Part shown: positions 1 to 14,874 of the stretch, piece after piece | Layout: each line of letters starts with the position of its first letter | Position numbering within the stretch: position 1 is the stretch's first letter | Assembly: GCF_003704095.1 (NCBI RefSeq) | Contig: NW_020846013.1 | Location: forward strand, 62,001-126,000 | Direction: 5' to 3' | DNA: 64,000 nucleotides | Origin: Pocillopora damicornis | Taxonomy: Eukaryota | Notes under the pieces: generated by a model | Database searches by the model: none | Seen by the model: the letters and a program-made list of their open reading frames with translations, nothing else | Told to the model about the DNA's origin: nothing | Translations under genes and position numbers: made by a program

Positions 1-1919
1 TGAAGGAGCATTGTTCCACCCTGTCCTGACTCAGCTAAATGCATTCTTATCAAAGCCTTTACTTACAAAGACAACTTACTCAACTGATAAAAACAAATAT
101 AAATCTTAAAATGCCTAATTGTGAAATATTTTTACATGGTACAGTGAATGGCCTGATTAATAAAAATAAAAAACAGTATTAAACTTGGAATTCTAAATAC
201 GTAAATACAAAGGTGAAATTTTGTTGCAAATTTTCGATGAAAATAAAATTTGATCAAACTTCTGTTTCCTCTAAGTTTTAAAATTTCTCCTACTCCTCTG
301 ATCTCACTAAACGCGTTTCTTAAATTTCATCCAGGTTATTGGCAGATAAGCCATTATTCAGAGGGAAAACTCTGTTGATGTGTTTTGCTAAAATGATAGC
401 TGGTCATGCTGTCAAAACTATTCTTTGTGAAACAGTGAAACAGTTTGAGTATTTTAAATATATTACTTTTGCCTTAATGTCCTAAAGAATAAAAGAAGTT
501 ATGAAGGATATGATTTTCATGAAAGCTAATCAACGGTGAAATCATCGTTTTAAATTGAAATGATTTAAACAGTAAAAGTTAAAGTCTTTGCGGTTTCCTG
601 TATGAGAGCGTTCCTTGCATCAAAAAATCATAGAAAATTTAAAAAATTTTGGATCAAAAATTAACTAAAAAATCGCTTTATTCCTATGCCTCTAAAAGAA
701 GATCTCTAAACTTACATAAAAATGAAACAAACGTTTATTATAAAAAATTTAAAAAATAGAAGATAGGAATGTCAAACAAGAACCTAAGTTATCGCACAGG
801 TTGAAACACAGACTTGTTCGATAACCGGCGCTTTTCCAAATTATATTTACTTTGTTTTGCAATTTATGCTGAAATGACACTGGAAAAGACAATAACCAAA
901 TAAAGCCCTAAAGATAAGCTACCTACAGATTTTCTATGTAAAACCAACGCTTCTCTCTCTCTAAAAGAAAAGTAAGGCAAGCGTTGAGCTTTTCTAGATT
1001 ATATAGGCGTTGATTCAGTTTAGGCTTTAGCCGATTTCCTTTTTTTTTTTTTTTTTTTTTNNNNNNNNNNNNNNNNNNNNNNNNNNNNNNNNNNNNNNNN
1101 NNNNNNNNNNNNNNNNNNNNNNNNNNNNNNNNNNNNATAGAGGTAAACCACTAATATAGAACAAACGTACTTCAGTCGCATTATGGCACAGAGAGTTAGT
1201 GGACCCGAGGGGAATGGTTGGTGGAACCTTTCTGCACAAAATCCCTCTTTTCAATACTACCGATGTGACGCGTTTTGAAAATGTCAAATGTGTGGTTACT
1301 CAAGTACGGTTTGATGCTAAGTTTTTTGTCTTATTTAGCAGGAGTTGGAAGTTTTTTCTATTTTTCAAGTTCCCTTCTCTGGGGGAGTGTGAAATTCCCC
1401 CCCCTTGCGTCTCCTGCGCGTTTCAGAAGAGACTGAAAAAAGACTGGAGCGAACTTTGTGATAATCTGTTCGCTTCAAAGAAATTGAAAATAGATTAAGT
1501 TAAGGCTTTTTGCCTCTTAGCTTATATCTATAAGCCTAAAATTTTAATTAGATATAACAGGATATGTTCAGCAAGGGGGAAATTAAGCATTAATGTGTTG
1601 CACTTCTTCCAAAAAAATCTTTGAAACTATTTCATAGTTTAAATTACTGATATGTTGATTTAAATTAACATCTACTCTTTGAAGGAATGAAACGATGAGA
1701 AATTCTGATCACATGTTCACATTCCACCAAGTGCGGTGCCAGAGGCGATCCAATCAAAACACGCACTCCAAATATGGAAATATGATGCCGTCTTCGCCAT
1801 CTTCCATTGCCAAGAGAATATTCTCTTGCCACTGCCCATTCTCTCTCCAGTGTGTTGAAACTTCTGTCCCGAACGAATACTTGCACAATTTCACTAAGCA
1901 AACGTTTTTAAAACTGATT

Positions 1920-4900
1920 TCATGCCGGCTGCCCAAAAAGTTGAACACGATTATTTCGAAAGTCTGCAACAATTATGTTCCCCTCTGGCGTCAAAGCGAG
2001 GCCATGTGGGTCATTCAGTTGACCGTCACCATCACCCTTAGTACCAAATTTCGTGACAAAACGTCCCTCGCTGGAAAATACTTGAATCCGATGATTATCT
2101 CGGTCGGCGACAATAATGTTTCCGTCATGACCCACGGCTACGCCAGTGGGGCGCATTAACTCCCCGTCCTGACTCCCCTTACGGCCGAAATTGAACATGA
2201 ATCGACCACGTGGATCAAATACCTGAATGGAAAAGGTAAATAATTTAAACAGTTTCTTTAAACTTTTTTATTTAAACTAGTTACACAGGGCGTTACGTTT
2301 AGGTCTCTTAAAACAAAAACGATCACGACGGCCAATCAGAACAAAGGAAAGAGTCACAAGGAGCCAATGAGAATTCAAAGTCGCATCACGTGAACCACCT
2401 AAAACGCGGGACAACGAGAGTGATCAAGTCGTGATCGGTTGTGATTGGTTGAGAGGGTGGTGCAAGTTTTCTAGACCAATCACAAAGCGAAGAAGGGAAA
2501 ACCAATGCAATCCCAAATAACTTTCGACACTCGGAAATTGCTCTATCAAGCGTCATTCATTCATCAATTTTGAAACTGGCACTTACCGCTCAACACTAGC
2601 TACAATTCTAATTATTGTGTTTTCATCCTTGTCAACTTTTTGAGGAATTTTGATAGGATATACCAAGAGTAATTTTCCTCAAAACGACAGCCCCGTCCTA
2701 AGAACGAGGTTAAAAGTAAAGTTACTCTCGTGTAAGAAAGCCATTCCTGTCCCATGGCTTTAGTTTGGTAGTGCTACTCTTTACAGAATAGGGGATATGA
2801 TTATAAACATCTCAAATATTTTACCAGTTTCTTAATCTAATTGGGTCCCCATGGTAACGAATGACTGACAGCATGACGTACCTGAATACGGTGACTGTGC
2901 ATGTCCGACACAATGATGTGTCCTTGAGAATTCACCGCAACGTAGCATGGGTAATTCAGCTCGCCATTGCCGTCTCCAAAAGAACCAAACTTGAAAGACT
3001 GACCTGAAGGCATGAAATACACTTTTCTTTGACAAATTTGTGAACGCGAACACAAGTAAGAATGTAAAAAGGATAAAGTAATGAGGTACGGATAATGAAG
3101 ACAGGTGGGACAGAAGTTTTTAAGACGAACGGAAGGAACGGGAATCACGTGCTCCTCCTTCCGCATTTAACACACCCTTCGTGCTAACCTCGCACGCCTC
3201 GCACGCTTCGCGCTTACCACGAACGCCTCGCACCTGGTGCGTAGGATGCTACTGTATCACAGGGAACCAAGATTTTTCTATATGTTTTTCACTGGAGAAA
3301 TAGGAAATAAGTCAATTCAACCATTGCTAACCTGTATCCAGTGAAATGACATGAATACAACGATTTGCTGAGTCAGCAACAATAATTCTTCTGTTAGCAT
3401 CTACTGCTAATGTGGAGGCCTTTAGGTCTGGAACGGAGAATTTGTGAAGGAACATTCCATCTCGATCAAATATCTACGAAGGTAAAAAAAAAGTAGGAAC
3501 TGAGAAGGAAACTTCTCAGAGTGCGCCTCAATAGGTTTCTTAGACCCTAACTAGAGTTAGCCAATCAGAGCAAAGAAAAATAATACAAGAAGCCAATCAA
3601 CACTCAAATTAAAATCACGTGACACGGCTTGCTAAAGGGCGGGAAAAGGTGAGTAACCTAGTTGTGAATTATAGCAGTTTTGCCTCTGATTGAAGAAAAA
3701 CCGCAAATGAAGCTGCCAGATTCAAATCAAAGTTTTGTTAGCTCATACCACACATGTTTACATTTCAATCATTTCTTGCCTGTATTCTGCTGCCCAGTCT
3801 TTCGCAGACGACAATTCTCCCATCAGGATCCACCCCTACCCCGGTGGGGCATTGGAACTGTCCGCTGCCCTCTCCTTTGCGACCAAACTGGAACATGAAT
3901 CCGCCATTTTGATTGAAAACTTGTACTCTGTGGTTGTGACAATCTGTAATAATGATGTGCCCTTCATCGTCCACAGCAACGCCAAATATTCCGTTAAATT
4001 CTCCAATTTCCGTTCCCTTTTTGCCAAACTTGAGGTAAGATTCTCCAGTATTGACAACATTGACTTTAAAAGGACTACCTTGGATGTGCTTGTCTCGGAC
4101 AGTCACAGACACCTTTAACGGAGAGAAATTCTTAACATCAAAATCCTTCTAAAATTTAATTTGTACAAGAAACTGGTATTTTTTTCCTACATAAAGTTTA
4201 ATTTAATCTACGCGTCTGCAGAACAAGTGATTCCGGCTCAGAGGAGCCTCGGTGCTAAATATTTCACGACTGAGCCAGTTTCAGTTGATTGTTCAACAAA
4301 TTCTCCTTGTCAGCACCGTAGCAAATATATACAGAACAATATGGAGAATGTGTATATTGAAGTTAGGCTGGAAAAAAGTTAATGTCAAGCGTGGAGCTAT
4401 CAGGTGGGAAGAAAGAAAACAGTCAGTCAAGTATGTTAACAGTAAACATATTATGTTTTTCATAAATCTACCTTGTGCATTCCAACATTAAAGGGGCTGT
4501 AACTGACTCCGTAAGAACCATTTCTGTGGTCCTCAACCTGGAAAAAAATTGGGCAACACACCATCAAAAACAATCATATAGGAAGCGGGAGTCTTATCCA
4601 CGTTTTCGTTGAGCACCTGCTATTCAACTAAAATCTGCCCACTCCACACAAATAAGTATTTTAAGCCCTGTCACGTGACTCTTCGCTGCTATACTGCAAC
4701 GGGGGTAGGGTCTTGCGTGACATTCCAAATGGCAGTCCGCAAAAAGACCAACAACAAAACAACATCTACTAGAATAGAACCTAATTGTGACCACAGTGAT
4801 TGCTAAAGTAAAACAAAGAAAGGTGCAGAAAGCAAAATCGTAGTGCGATGAAAAGGTAAGATTGAACATAACACATTTACGCCTCGGCGCGGCTGTTGTT

Positions 4901-7900
4901 TGGGTTGTCACGCAATGTTTCTCCCCAAACGTTGCGTAAAAACCGAAATAACGACCACGGAGGAGTCACGTTAAGAAAAAAAAAGCACAGTTAGTAATTA
5001 TTCTGCGCATGAATTATTATAGTGCATGCCACACGTGAATCTCAAATGGAATGCTAACATTTTGTGAGTTGTAGCGAGAGAGCGCATGTGAAGAGCCCGG
5101 GGAGGAGCCAAGCGGTCTTACTTCGGCAGGCACAGTTCTTCCATCTGACGTGTACACATCAACCATAACATCCTCACCGCCGCCAGTGCACTGGGCCCCA
5201 CTGTGATCACTAAACACATCACAACAAGGTTAAATGCATCATTCGCATCAGAGCGCTTTACATTTGAATTCCGTGAAATAAATACTGAAGTAATTACAAA
5301 GGCCAATTAGGATAAAGGATGACATTACAAGGAGCTAACAAGAATTCCGATTGACGACCTGTAAACTGTTTCAGGCACGAGGACGTGAAGCACGGGAAAA
5401 TGCGAGCAACCAAGTCGTGATTGGTTTTTGCTTTGCATCTGATTGGTTGAGAGGGTGGTGCAAGTTTTTTTTTTGTTTCTTTTTTTTAACCAATCATAGA
5501 GTATACTAATCTAAAAATCATTGAAATTCCGAATTACTTACAACAGTCAATTGAAATTGTTCTTGAAAGGAGCTTCGATGAGGAGCAAGTCAAAAAGCTT
5601 ATTGTCGTTATCTCGTAAAATAACTATGAGGCCTGACCAGTACCGAGTCTATTACCAAAATTTACCTCTTGGATTTGATTTCATCAATGAACTTTGCTTA
5701 CCGCGTAAGAACTGTAAATTTGGATTTCCTTCCCTTTGTTGCATTCTTCATGTCGTCAGCTACTGTACAATTAGTGGGGAAGGCATTACTCGTTTTAATC
5801 TGCCCAAGGTTCTCGAGAGCCTTCAGGACTTCATCTTGATTGGCTACAAAGTAGATGACGTCATTTTCTTCGGGCTCTCCTTGAAACTTAGTGGAGATGA
5901 GGTCATTTAATCTGTCACAAAGCTGTTTCTTTATGACAAGGATTTCCACAGAGTTTCCATGCCTCAAGACTTCCTCTGCAAGACATAATAGAAGGAAAAA
6001 GTTTCCAAAATGTCTTTCCCATTACAAATTTAATTAAAAACCAAGTCGAGTTTCATGACCGAAACTCCTGCGCGCAAAGCATACTAGTGGAGCTCCATAC
6101 CTAAGAAAATACGATAACCATCAAGCCAAGGAAAACTAGTCGTCCCGTAGTGGAAGTTATTTTTTGTGTCAGGCGAAAGTGTATCTTTCGAAGGCGGAAA
6201 GTTTCGTGGTCAAACCTACTTAAAAAACCCGTGGGTAGTCAGATTTAAATGTGGAGCAGTAAAAACTAACCAACTAGGGCTACCTATCAAAGTACGAAGT
6301 TTTATGATTGCGATAGTCAGAAATTTTAAAGTATTCGATCTTGCCCAATTTAATTGCAATGCACGTTTTAGTACACCAGCGAGATGCCCTATATCACTTT
6401 TAAGAGCTCCAATTACTTGACCACAGTTCTCCTTCAGCCATGAGTACGCGTTGCGGACCTGGGAAATAGATAATTACCAGTAAAGTTGCAGGTCGTCGTA
6501 AGACGTTTTAATTCATTTTCCAATCTTTCTTGTTGTATTCCTAGGACTTTTGATTTTCTTTGTACCATTGTCTCTACTTCAGCCATCATTCCTTTTTCGC
6601 GATCTTGTAACGCTTTTAAAATTCGAGGAAAGCATTTCTGAATTTCAGACTTCGCCACTTCCGCCCTGGCCTCGAGCCGGCATGTGACTTCCTCTACGTC
6701 TTTAGTAGATTGCGTGACAATTGGGACCTTCCTTTTGAGTTTTTCTACCAATTGAGAGATGTTTTGAGTCTGCTTGTCAATGGTGTCAGTCAACTGGGTG
6801 TATTTGTGACGCTCAGTCGAGTGAGAAGTCATGGTGCACTCACGACAGATAGCTTGTTCGCAGCTCTCGCAGTAGTACCTGTAAAAACAGTAAGAGCGGT
6901 GAACTTCATTTGCGGTGAGCTCTCTTGCAGTGCAGTTATAGTTACCGGGAAAACTTAACGTTGTCTAGGTCACCGCGGTGACAAGGAGCTTTTTCAGTCA
7001 CTGTTGACTATAAAATATTACACGGCTTTAACTTGAGCACTTTACTCAGGCGAGATTTCGGCTCCTTGGACCTTCGCAGTTAAATTCTCGTCCCGTGTTA
7101 CCTTCCATCGTTAGGTTCCCATACAGGTTTTCCTCCGTTCTTCCTCAGTTCCTGCTACTTTTTCCCGCACTTGACACCGGTCAAATGTTAATTTGAGTGA
7201 TGATATCTCTGCACAGTTTTACCCTTCCAAATAAATTACGTTCTTTGCTCCAATTCCTAGAGAGCGTTCAACTTCTATCTTGACGCCATAATCATTTATA
7301 TTGTGCTGCGTTTTAGTATTGAATTTCTCCTCTGTTATTGCTGCAGAATAGTTTTTGACTGCAACGTACCTTAGCTTCTCGTGGGCATGTTCCATGCAGA
7401 AAATTGGACGATGAAGTAAATCTTCGGGATGTGGACTGGATTTCAGTTCGTCTAAAGACACAACCTAAAATGGCCACAATAACATTTAAAATACGATTTT
7501 ACTTTCTGCTCGCATATTCTGTGGGTGAAACAATAAATTCGTGTATTGTATGGAACCTTTTTGAGGGCAAAGAAACTCGCATAGACTTTTCACTCTTAAT
7601 TAATTTTCTTTTTTTATAGATAGATCAAACTTAAATTTGATGTCGAAAGTACTGCAGGATTGCATTGGGTTTGCTATGCTACGCTTTCTGATTGAGAGCC
7701 TTGAAACTCGGGCCATCTCAACTGACTAATTTTATACAAAATTAAAACTATTCTCAATTTTTTTAAAAACGTTAGCGTTTACCCTGTGAGTCTTGGTTAG
7801 CCTCAGTCTCATGTGAGCATTTCTACAGTCATGGCAGAGAAAATCCATGCATTCGATGCACCGCGCAGCCGCAGGAAGTTTGTCTTCGCAGCTGCTGCAC

Positions 7901-10295
7901 ATGATTGGATTCTTGTCGTGGGCGCGCACTGCCGCCACATCCATCATGGTGGTTACCACGAAATTTGGCGGGAAAGCGCCGACACCACGCTCCTGAAAAA
8001 AAAGCCAAAAACAAAACAAAACAACAAGAACAAAATTAGAGAAAAAAGAGCAAATTGAAACTAAACCATGACTTTGAGATATCAACGAATTTATTTGCTG
8101 GGGCAAGCAATGCAGCGTTAAGGAAAAGTCACTTGCAGAAAACAAAAGCGCTCAAGAACCATTCCGTAGTTTTGATTTGATTTGAGATTCACGATTTTTT
8201 TAGGTCGCAAGGCCAAACAACACATTTTATTTCGCCACGCAGAGAAACACACATGTAATTCTGCTAAGTGAAGAGCTTTCGCGGGCCCTGCCGTTGATCA
8301 TTTCAGGAGAAACTGGACCAGTAAATGATTTATTGAAACAAGCTTTCGTTAATTAATTGGAACGATATTTTAAGGCGAGCAAACCTCTAGTCGGCACGTA
8401 ATTCTCAACGAGGTTTTGTGTCGGCTCAACGTTGAATCAATTTGTAAGCGAAACCGAATTTCCTATGATGACATATCTTAACAAAGGTTTTAAAAGTTTT
8501 TCCAAAAGCGGCTGACGATGTTGTTAAAGTCGGCTGTGCCATAAAGGGAAAACCAAACACGAGAGCCCAGCCGCTCGTAGGCTAAACTAGCAGATGATAG
8601 TAAGAGGTCTTATGGCTGACAGTGCACCGCCAACAGCCGGCTTTTGTTGTCTTAAAGAATTTGCACGGTGTGTTTCAGAAATGTTTCAATTGCTAAACAA
8701 GATTCCAAAGCTGATTTCTTGTATCTAATGAATTTATTCCTACACGCAAGTTGACTCTGTATTTGACTCAGGTACTATTACACAGTTTGGCAAAATTATA
8801 ACCTATGGTTTTAAAGTTTCTTTGGCAATATTTGGAATTTCGACTGTCTTTTGATCTTTACTATGAATACAAATAATATGCATGTTTCAGTTAGCGGGGG
8901 CGATTATACACTTAAGGCAGCGAAGCTCACAAATAATGAACTCCATGTTAAAGCAATTGAAGAAAGCTGGTCCCCAATACTTCTGTTTGTCGTTTAGGAT
9001 GAACAAAAAAAGCCTTTTATGCGCTGCATTATATTCAGTTTGTTAAATCCGCCATCGATCTTTAGCCAACTTTGGTCAGTCAGAATGCGAAATTAAGTTA
9101 TCGACGAGTTCACGAATTTCATTGAATATTTAGTCAGTCTATCATCATACCATGCATCAATCTCGGAAACAAACTCAGCCTGACACGCCTTTGAAAAAAT
9201 GTCCTTCAAAATCGAATGTAATGCTTAATTCAAGTTTTAGGGTTTCTTTTTATTTAGACAAATATCATTGTTAACCTTTCATTATTGTGAAATAGAAACT
9301 TTCTTTCCTTCCAGACACGTGCTAAAAATCCTGATGCAACAGTAAACAGGTCTTTTAAGGTAGAATTTTGAGATAGGATAAATTATTTCTATTGTTAGGA
9401 TGGAACCTATATCAGGCTGGGCAAAAAATAAGCTTCTTTGTGAAATGGAAAGGGATTTTTATGGAGGCAAGCGGCAATGTGGTAATTGAGGGCACAGATG
9501 GTATTGACGAAGATGGCGTTTAAAATCCATCGATGGTTTATCTGGTCATCTTTGCGTAAACGATATTTCAATAATGGTTTCGGTAAAGTTAAAAAAATCA
9601 TTTAAAGACTATTGGAATAAACTCTAGTTTCTCAAAGTTTCTAAAGCTAAAGGAGACGAGATTAGAATGAAAACTGAACAAAATGAAACGCTTCAACGTA
9701 CCGTGAGAGGGACATCTGTTCGACAGGCCGGGCAGCTGAGAGAACTTGACCTCGGGACCACAAGGTTCTCCAGACATCTTTTACAAAACGTGTGCAGACA
9801 TGGCAACAATCGAGGGTTCACGAACATTTCATGACACAAAGGGCAGAACAGATTAACAGAACTACCCGTCGAAAACACTGGATTATCCATCATTGGATTG
9901 ATATCCAAATCGTCTCGCACGGACGCCATCTTGTGCTCCTGAAAATATAAACAACCGTATCAATTTGTTGCAATTTTAGCACACGCCAGGAGGCCGGTAT
10001 TCAACAGTGTTGATGTCAACAGCGACTAAAAACTCGCTTTCCGCCTCAGGGGATAAATTAAGGGAGGTTCAAAGTCGAATTAAGTCGTGTAAAGTTTCAT
10101 TTCAATAAAGTTTTAATCATCTTTGAGAGAAGTAATGGCTGATGAATTGTTCAAATACGACTTTTCCAAGTAAACCATTTTAAGATACTAAATGGCAGAT
10201 ACACTGAATGCAGTCAGAATTAAAATTTCTCTTACCGAATCGTTCTCCAATTTTTCCTTAACATCAGGTTCTGTGTCAGTCGACATACTGAGCAT
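1920..10295 (-). CDS. TRIM-NHL E3 ubiquitin ligase, TRIM71/LIN-41-like (RING, 2 B-boxes, coiled coil, filamin, 6 NHL repeats)
   Basis: Hand-spliced exons (-): 10295-10236 (candidate first exon [20 protein letters not shown]), 9938-9702 ([23 protein letters not shown]; Met at 9929), 7992-7783 (B-box1), 7464-7370, 6878-6478 (B-box2 + coiled coil), 5975-5702, 5209-5122, 4537-4472 (filamin [13 protein letters not shown]), 4112-3780, 3473-3332, 3003-2882, 2222-1920 (six NHL repeats such as [25 protein letters not shown]). Phases are consistent; 753 aa from Met 9929. Orthology among TRIM71/TRIM2/TRIM3-like genes cannot be resolved by eye. Confidence 0.9.
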
Positions 10296-11865
10296 CGGTT
10301 TTATCCTCTACTTACAAATCTGAAATACCATTCCACTGTACAAAAATCATGATCTTCACCGATAACCCGTGCAATTTCTGAGACAAACGCGGCGAAAATG
10401 ATGCGATGAAATGACTTTGTCATTTGATGTTGAAATCACATTGCGAGGAGAGACGAACTCATTGTCTCGTTTCGCCTGTTTTGACCTGATGTTTGAATGA
10501 AACTCGACCAACAGAATATATTATTTCACATCAGACGCCATAAAATTCTGGGCGTCAAACTATTCTAGGACAACGCCATCACTTTTCAATATTTAATGTT
10601 GTGGATAGAACGGACCAATCTGAAAGCTTGATTTATTCAAGTTATCTATACGGAACTGATTATCAGTAGTATTTGCATTGAACTCAAACATTGCCCGCGG
10701 TGGTGAGTCTTTTATGTTAGCATTGATATCCTTCTCAAGTCTATAATGATTACAATGTTTTAATCAACAAAGACAATTACTGTCTACTGCTACGCTTCAT
10801 TTTCCGTTTGATTCACAGAAAATCATTCGAATAGAACACACAGCCATCATTTTCATCGTGAATAAAATTCAATGCATTATCCGTATTGTGTACAAAAGCA
10901 AATTGATTGCGTTTACTATCATTTTTGTCTGTTGAAAAGCAGAAAATTATCTTTTGCTTGATTATAAGCAGGTGATTATGAGAGACGTTCTGTAATAGTA
11001 CAAGTAACCTAAACATCACTCCTAATGACTCTGTACTGTTCAAAGGTAAAATGAAAGACAGATTTTAACATTTGATCGCGGGGATCTCTGAAAAATCATC
11101 TTTCTCTCAGAATTTGGAAAAAATAAAACCGTTTCTTCTCTTCTACATGCAAAGAGAAACCGAAACTCGAATTATGATTTCCTTAACAAGTTAATACCCG
11201 ACCCATGTCGCAAAAGAGCGAATGAGCGGCAAACTGGACGGTTCTAGTTTTCAAAAGAACAGCTACGGTGGCCTGAGCCCTAACGTTTTGGCCCCCACTT
11301 TTTCGCTCGTTTCCATGCCACTAGCCGAGCGCCTGGTGTGATACCCGTTATTAAATAACGAACACATTGACCACAACACTTTTCATGATGAGCTGCATCA
11401 TACACGAATTCTGATCGGTTCTTATTTACGATCTATTAGGGGACAGACGTGTAGGTGACGTCACCATCACCATCTATTTGCTTCTGTACCATATACAATA
11501 AATAAAATTCTATGTTGCTGAGGGCCTGTATTATAATAGATCCCAGAACACGTCAAACTTGATGTGGTAAGAACATCAGAGACATACTCGACTATGCCTT
11601 GTGCGATACTCTTTGTTCTTACCTAATTTTGACATCATTTGTGATCTGTTGCTGAACAGACACACAGCAACACGTAATCTATTTCTTAGAGAAATCGTAG
11701 ACACTCAATCGTATGATCATCCTAAATGCTGCATCGCCAACCTATCTTATAAGCTAAGGAATCGAAAGCTTATTGATTCGGCCTCCTTGGTTTCAAAGGG
11801 ATTCTACATAGCTTACTTCAACACTCAGTAAACTTCAGTACAGTATTTTCAGTTCTGTATTCCGT

Positions 11866-11945
11866 TCCTATCCCGTACATATCCCGTATATATCCCGTTC
11901 ATATCCTGTTCATATCCCGTACACATCCCGTACATCCTGTGTCCC
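11866..11945 (+). repeat. 11-bp tandem repeat (atcccgtacat-like, about 7 copies)
   Basis: Directly visible. Confidence 0.75.
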
Positions 11946-14775
11946 GATAACCCTATGTGTGACTCGACGGTCCTGTACTCCGGAGTTTGCAAAAAACAGA
12001 CTTTTCAACCACTCACTGCGCGTGCTGTATCTTGTGTTCCGGAGAACAACGTTGAAAGAACGATTCGCCGATGTTTTGCTCAAAATCTCGTAAAAATTTT
12101 TCGAGTATTGCAAGACACTGTGTAAGCACTATTTTTAGTTTAAAACATTGGAAAATGCACAGCGAAAAAGCATTTTGTGCAGCACAATTCTTGCTACTCG
12201 TTCAACGATTGGTGATATTTTAAAGCTTGCAAAAAAGATAATTTACAATTTACTGCGTGTAACAATTACATTGAATCGCCATTGGTAAAAATTAACTCTT
12301 GTCATCACAAAACATACAAAGCATGATTGCGGCGCGCGTAAAGGGGCAAGTCATTTGAAACCATAATTATGGAGTACAAAAAGTGGTCAAGACCTTATTT
12401 TTCTTCACAATGCACTGTACAAAGCTATGATAAGAAATACAGTCACCTGAGTTCGTTTATATGGTAAAGTGATTATTCCTTGTTCGTTCGATGGCCACGA
12501 GATATATTTGAGCCAACTCGAAAAAAAGCGTCCGCTCACCCAGATATTGAGACTGAACAACTATAACTTACAGTAAATAAAAATCTTTCGGGAATCCGGT
12601 AAAAATGATCAATATTGACAACTACACTTAAATACATGCCCAAAATAGACGCATATCATTTATCACGTTAAAACGAAATTGCACGCAGCTGGGTGTAAAT
12701 AAATATAATCGAAATTTTCTCAACTCAGAGCATTTCAAACGACTGAATAAAACGACAGAACGAAGATCATTTTTCCTAAGACATCCCTGACCCAAAAAAA
12801 AAAATAAATAAACGCCGTTGCATCATGACAGAAAAGTTTGTTTTTTTCATAAATCTAACCTTGTAGTATTACACAGCGCTATAAAATTCATTAGTTTTCT
12901 GGCTTCCGAATCTTTGAGGAACAAATTGTGTGTTAATTAAGCAAGACACATTTCTATCTTTTGTTTGATTAAATCAGAAATAAGATGCTTATCATTTCGT
13001 TTCTTTCTTTTTGTTATGATTCCATAAAGCTTAAACCTTCCTCTTCTTTTATAATCGAGCCGATCGCTCCAGATAAATTGTTGTAAATAAATATTTCGAA
13101 AATCATTTGTTTGACCAACTAATGAATTACACTGACGCTGCAAAACTTGGGTTAGAGTACTCTGACACATTGAGCAAACAAATGCAGAATTCCCTAGTTA
13201 CCCTCGCGAGTACATAAATATTAGACCATTTCTAACTGCGTTCAGAATCACTGTAACGCGTCATTCAGAAAACGTTTACAAACCTCGTATCGCACGGACC
13301 GAGTTTGTCTCTGATAGGAACACATTCCTTCGCTCGTCCGCCAGCAGACAAGTTCTTCTTCGAAAAAAGTCATGGTCGTGAAGGCTTGCGAGAGCGAATT
13401 GAATTTGAATTCATGGATTTGCTCTGGAGGGAGCATCTCAGAGAACAAACCCCCGATGAAACACGACTGAGCCGCTCGGCTCCTGCTCGGTGTAATCTCG
13501 GTGGAAGATAACCGACTTCTTAGCTAACTCTTCCCCTGTTCTCTCATTTAACTGTGGTTCGATTGATTTCGATTACAGAATTATGAAGTAAACCAAAAAT
13601 CACGATCAATCAATATTACGAAACAATTTATTAAAAGAGAAAAGCTGAAAAAAATCTCTAAGCTCATTCGGCTGAACATAAATATTGATCTGAATATATT
13701 TAGCAAATGCGGTACAGTTATCAAACTTTCTTATCAGATAAGCCATTGAAGCAGTTTTTTCTAAAAAACCAAGAGTTCTCGGTTTAAATTTTCCATTACG
13801 CTACAATGTAATTTTTTTACCTAGAGTTTGTCGGGAAAGAAATGCCATTTCTTCATTTGTTGTTGAGAACTGATGGATTTAAGGAAAATAACCAATCGAA
13901 TTTCCTTATTTTAGTACATGGAATTTGATGGATTGCATTTTTTTCATTCACTTAGTACACTTAGCGTTTGAGCACAAAATTACAATGTAACGTTTCACAT
14001 TTAACAAAAGTGCTATTTAATGTAACATTTCGATGTTCGGCCAGCAACAGTTTCTTTTTTCGAAAAAAAAAAAAAAAATTTCGCCAAAAGTTTACAACAA
14101 CACCACTATGGAAACTCCGGGGAATCATCGGACTCAGATTTAAGTGCGCAGTCGCACGAATAGCGAAAGTCACGTGATAAAGAGTGTGTATTGACTATTC
14201 TAGTATCATGGATCCACCAACGATTTGGAATAGGAAACATTTTCGTTTTTTTTTTTTTTTTCTGTTCTTTGAATTCTGTAAATATGCTTAAAGATATGGC
14301 TCCCTTTGAAAGAAAAGTGGTTTTTCAAGAACGGAATACGTCATCTAATAACCACTGAATACGTGTGTTACCCCACATCGAACACGATGATAGGAAAACT
14401 AGAGAAACCGAAATAAAATCCACGAAGAAATCCTCAATCGTGTTTTTGCAGCTAGATGATAACAGTGTTGGCAAAAGTCATCTTTTGTGAACTGTTTCTT
14501 CCAAAAGCTTGAACCCAAACCTCGAGCGACTCATCTATCCTTTCAACTTTGATAAATCAAAAACTGTTTACGAAGTTACTCAAATATGGCTGCCGGCGAA
14601 TAAATCAGCGCTAAAAAAAGGATGTATACGGCTAGGAATTCAGCAGAGAAACGCTGTCTTCCTGTTTTTATGAAAGGCACGTAATTTAACCTACACTAAA
14701 GTAAATAACTCAGTCAATCATATGCGTTAACGTCGTAAAATCTAATTTAGAACAGGAAACAAATTGTCAACTTAC

Positions 14776-14874
14776 AAATTCCGCCAGCTTTCGAGTTGTT
14801 GTGATTCGCCACATTGTCGCGTCTTCTTTGACCTCGTCAGTCTTCAATGGAAGCGGCTTAGCTGACGGGGAACC
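14776..14874 (-). CDS. Candidate 99-nt phase-0 coding exon upstream of the TRIM-NHL gene
   Basis: tttgcag acceptor and gtaag donor; open frame GSPSAKPLPLKTDEVKEDATMWRITTTRKLAEF; joins the 9938 exon in frame. Confidence 0.55.

Noticed and set aside
918-927. ctacct let-7-seed-like site downstream of the lin-41-like gene
   Set aside because: It is on the wrong strand for the minus-strand mRNA, the match is imperfect, and let-7 is not known from cnidarians.
1695-2159. 154-aa plus-strand ORF (likewise 3735-4118, 47898-48170, 52285-52791, 62184-62492)
   Set aside because: These are antisense shadows of real coding exons with no independent features.
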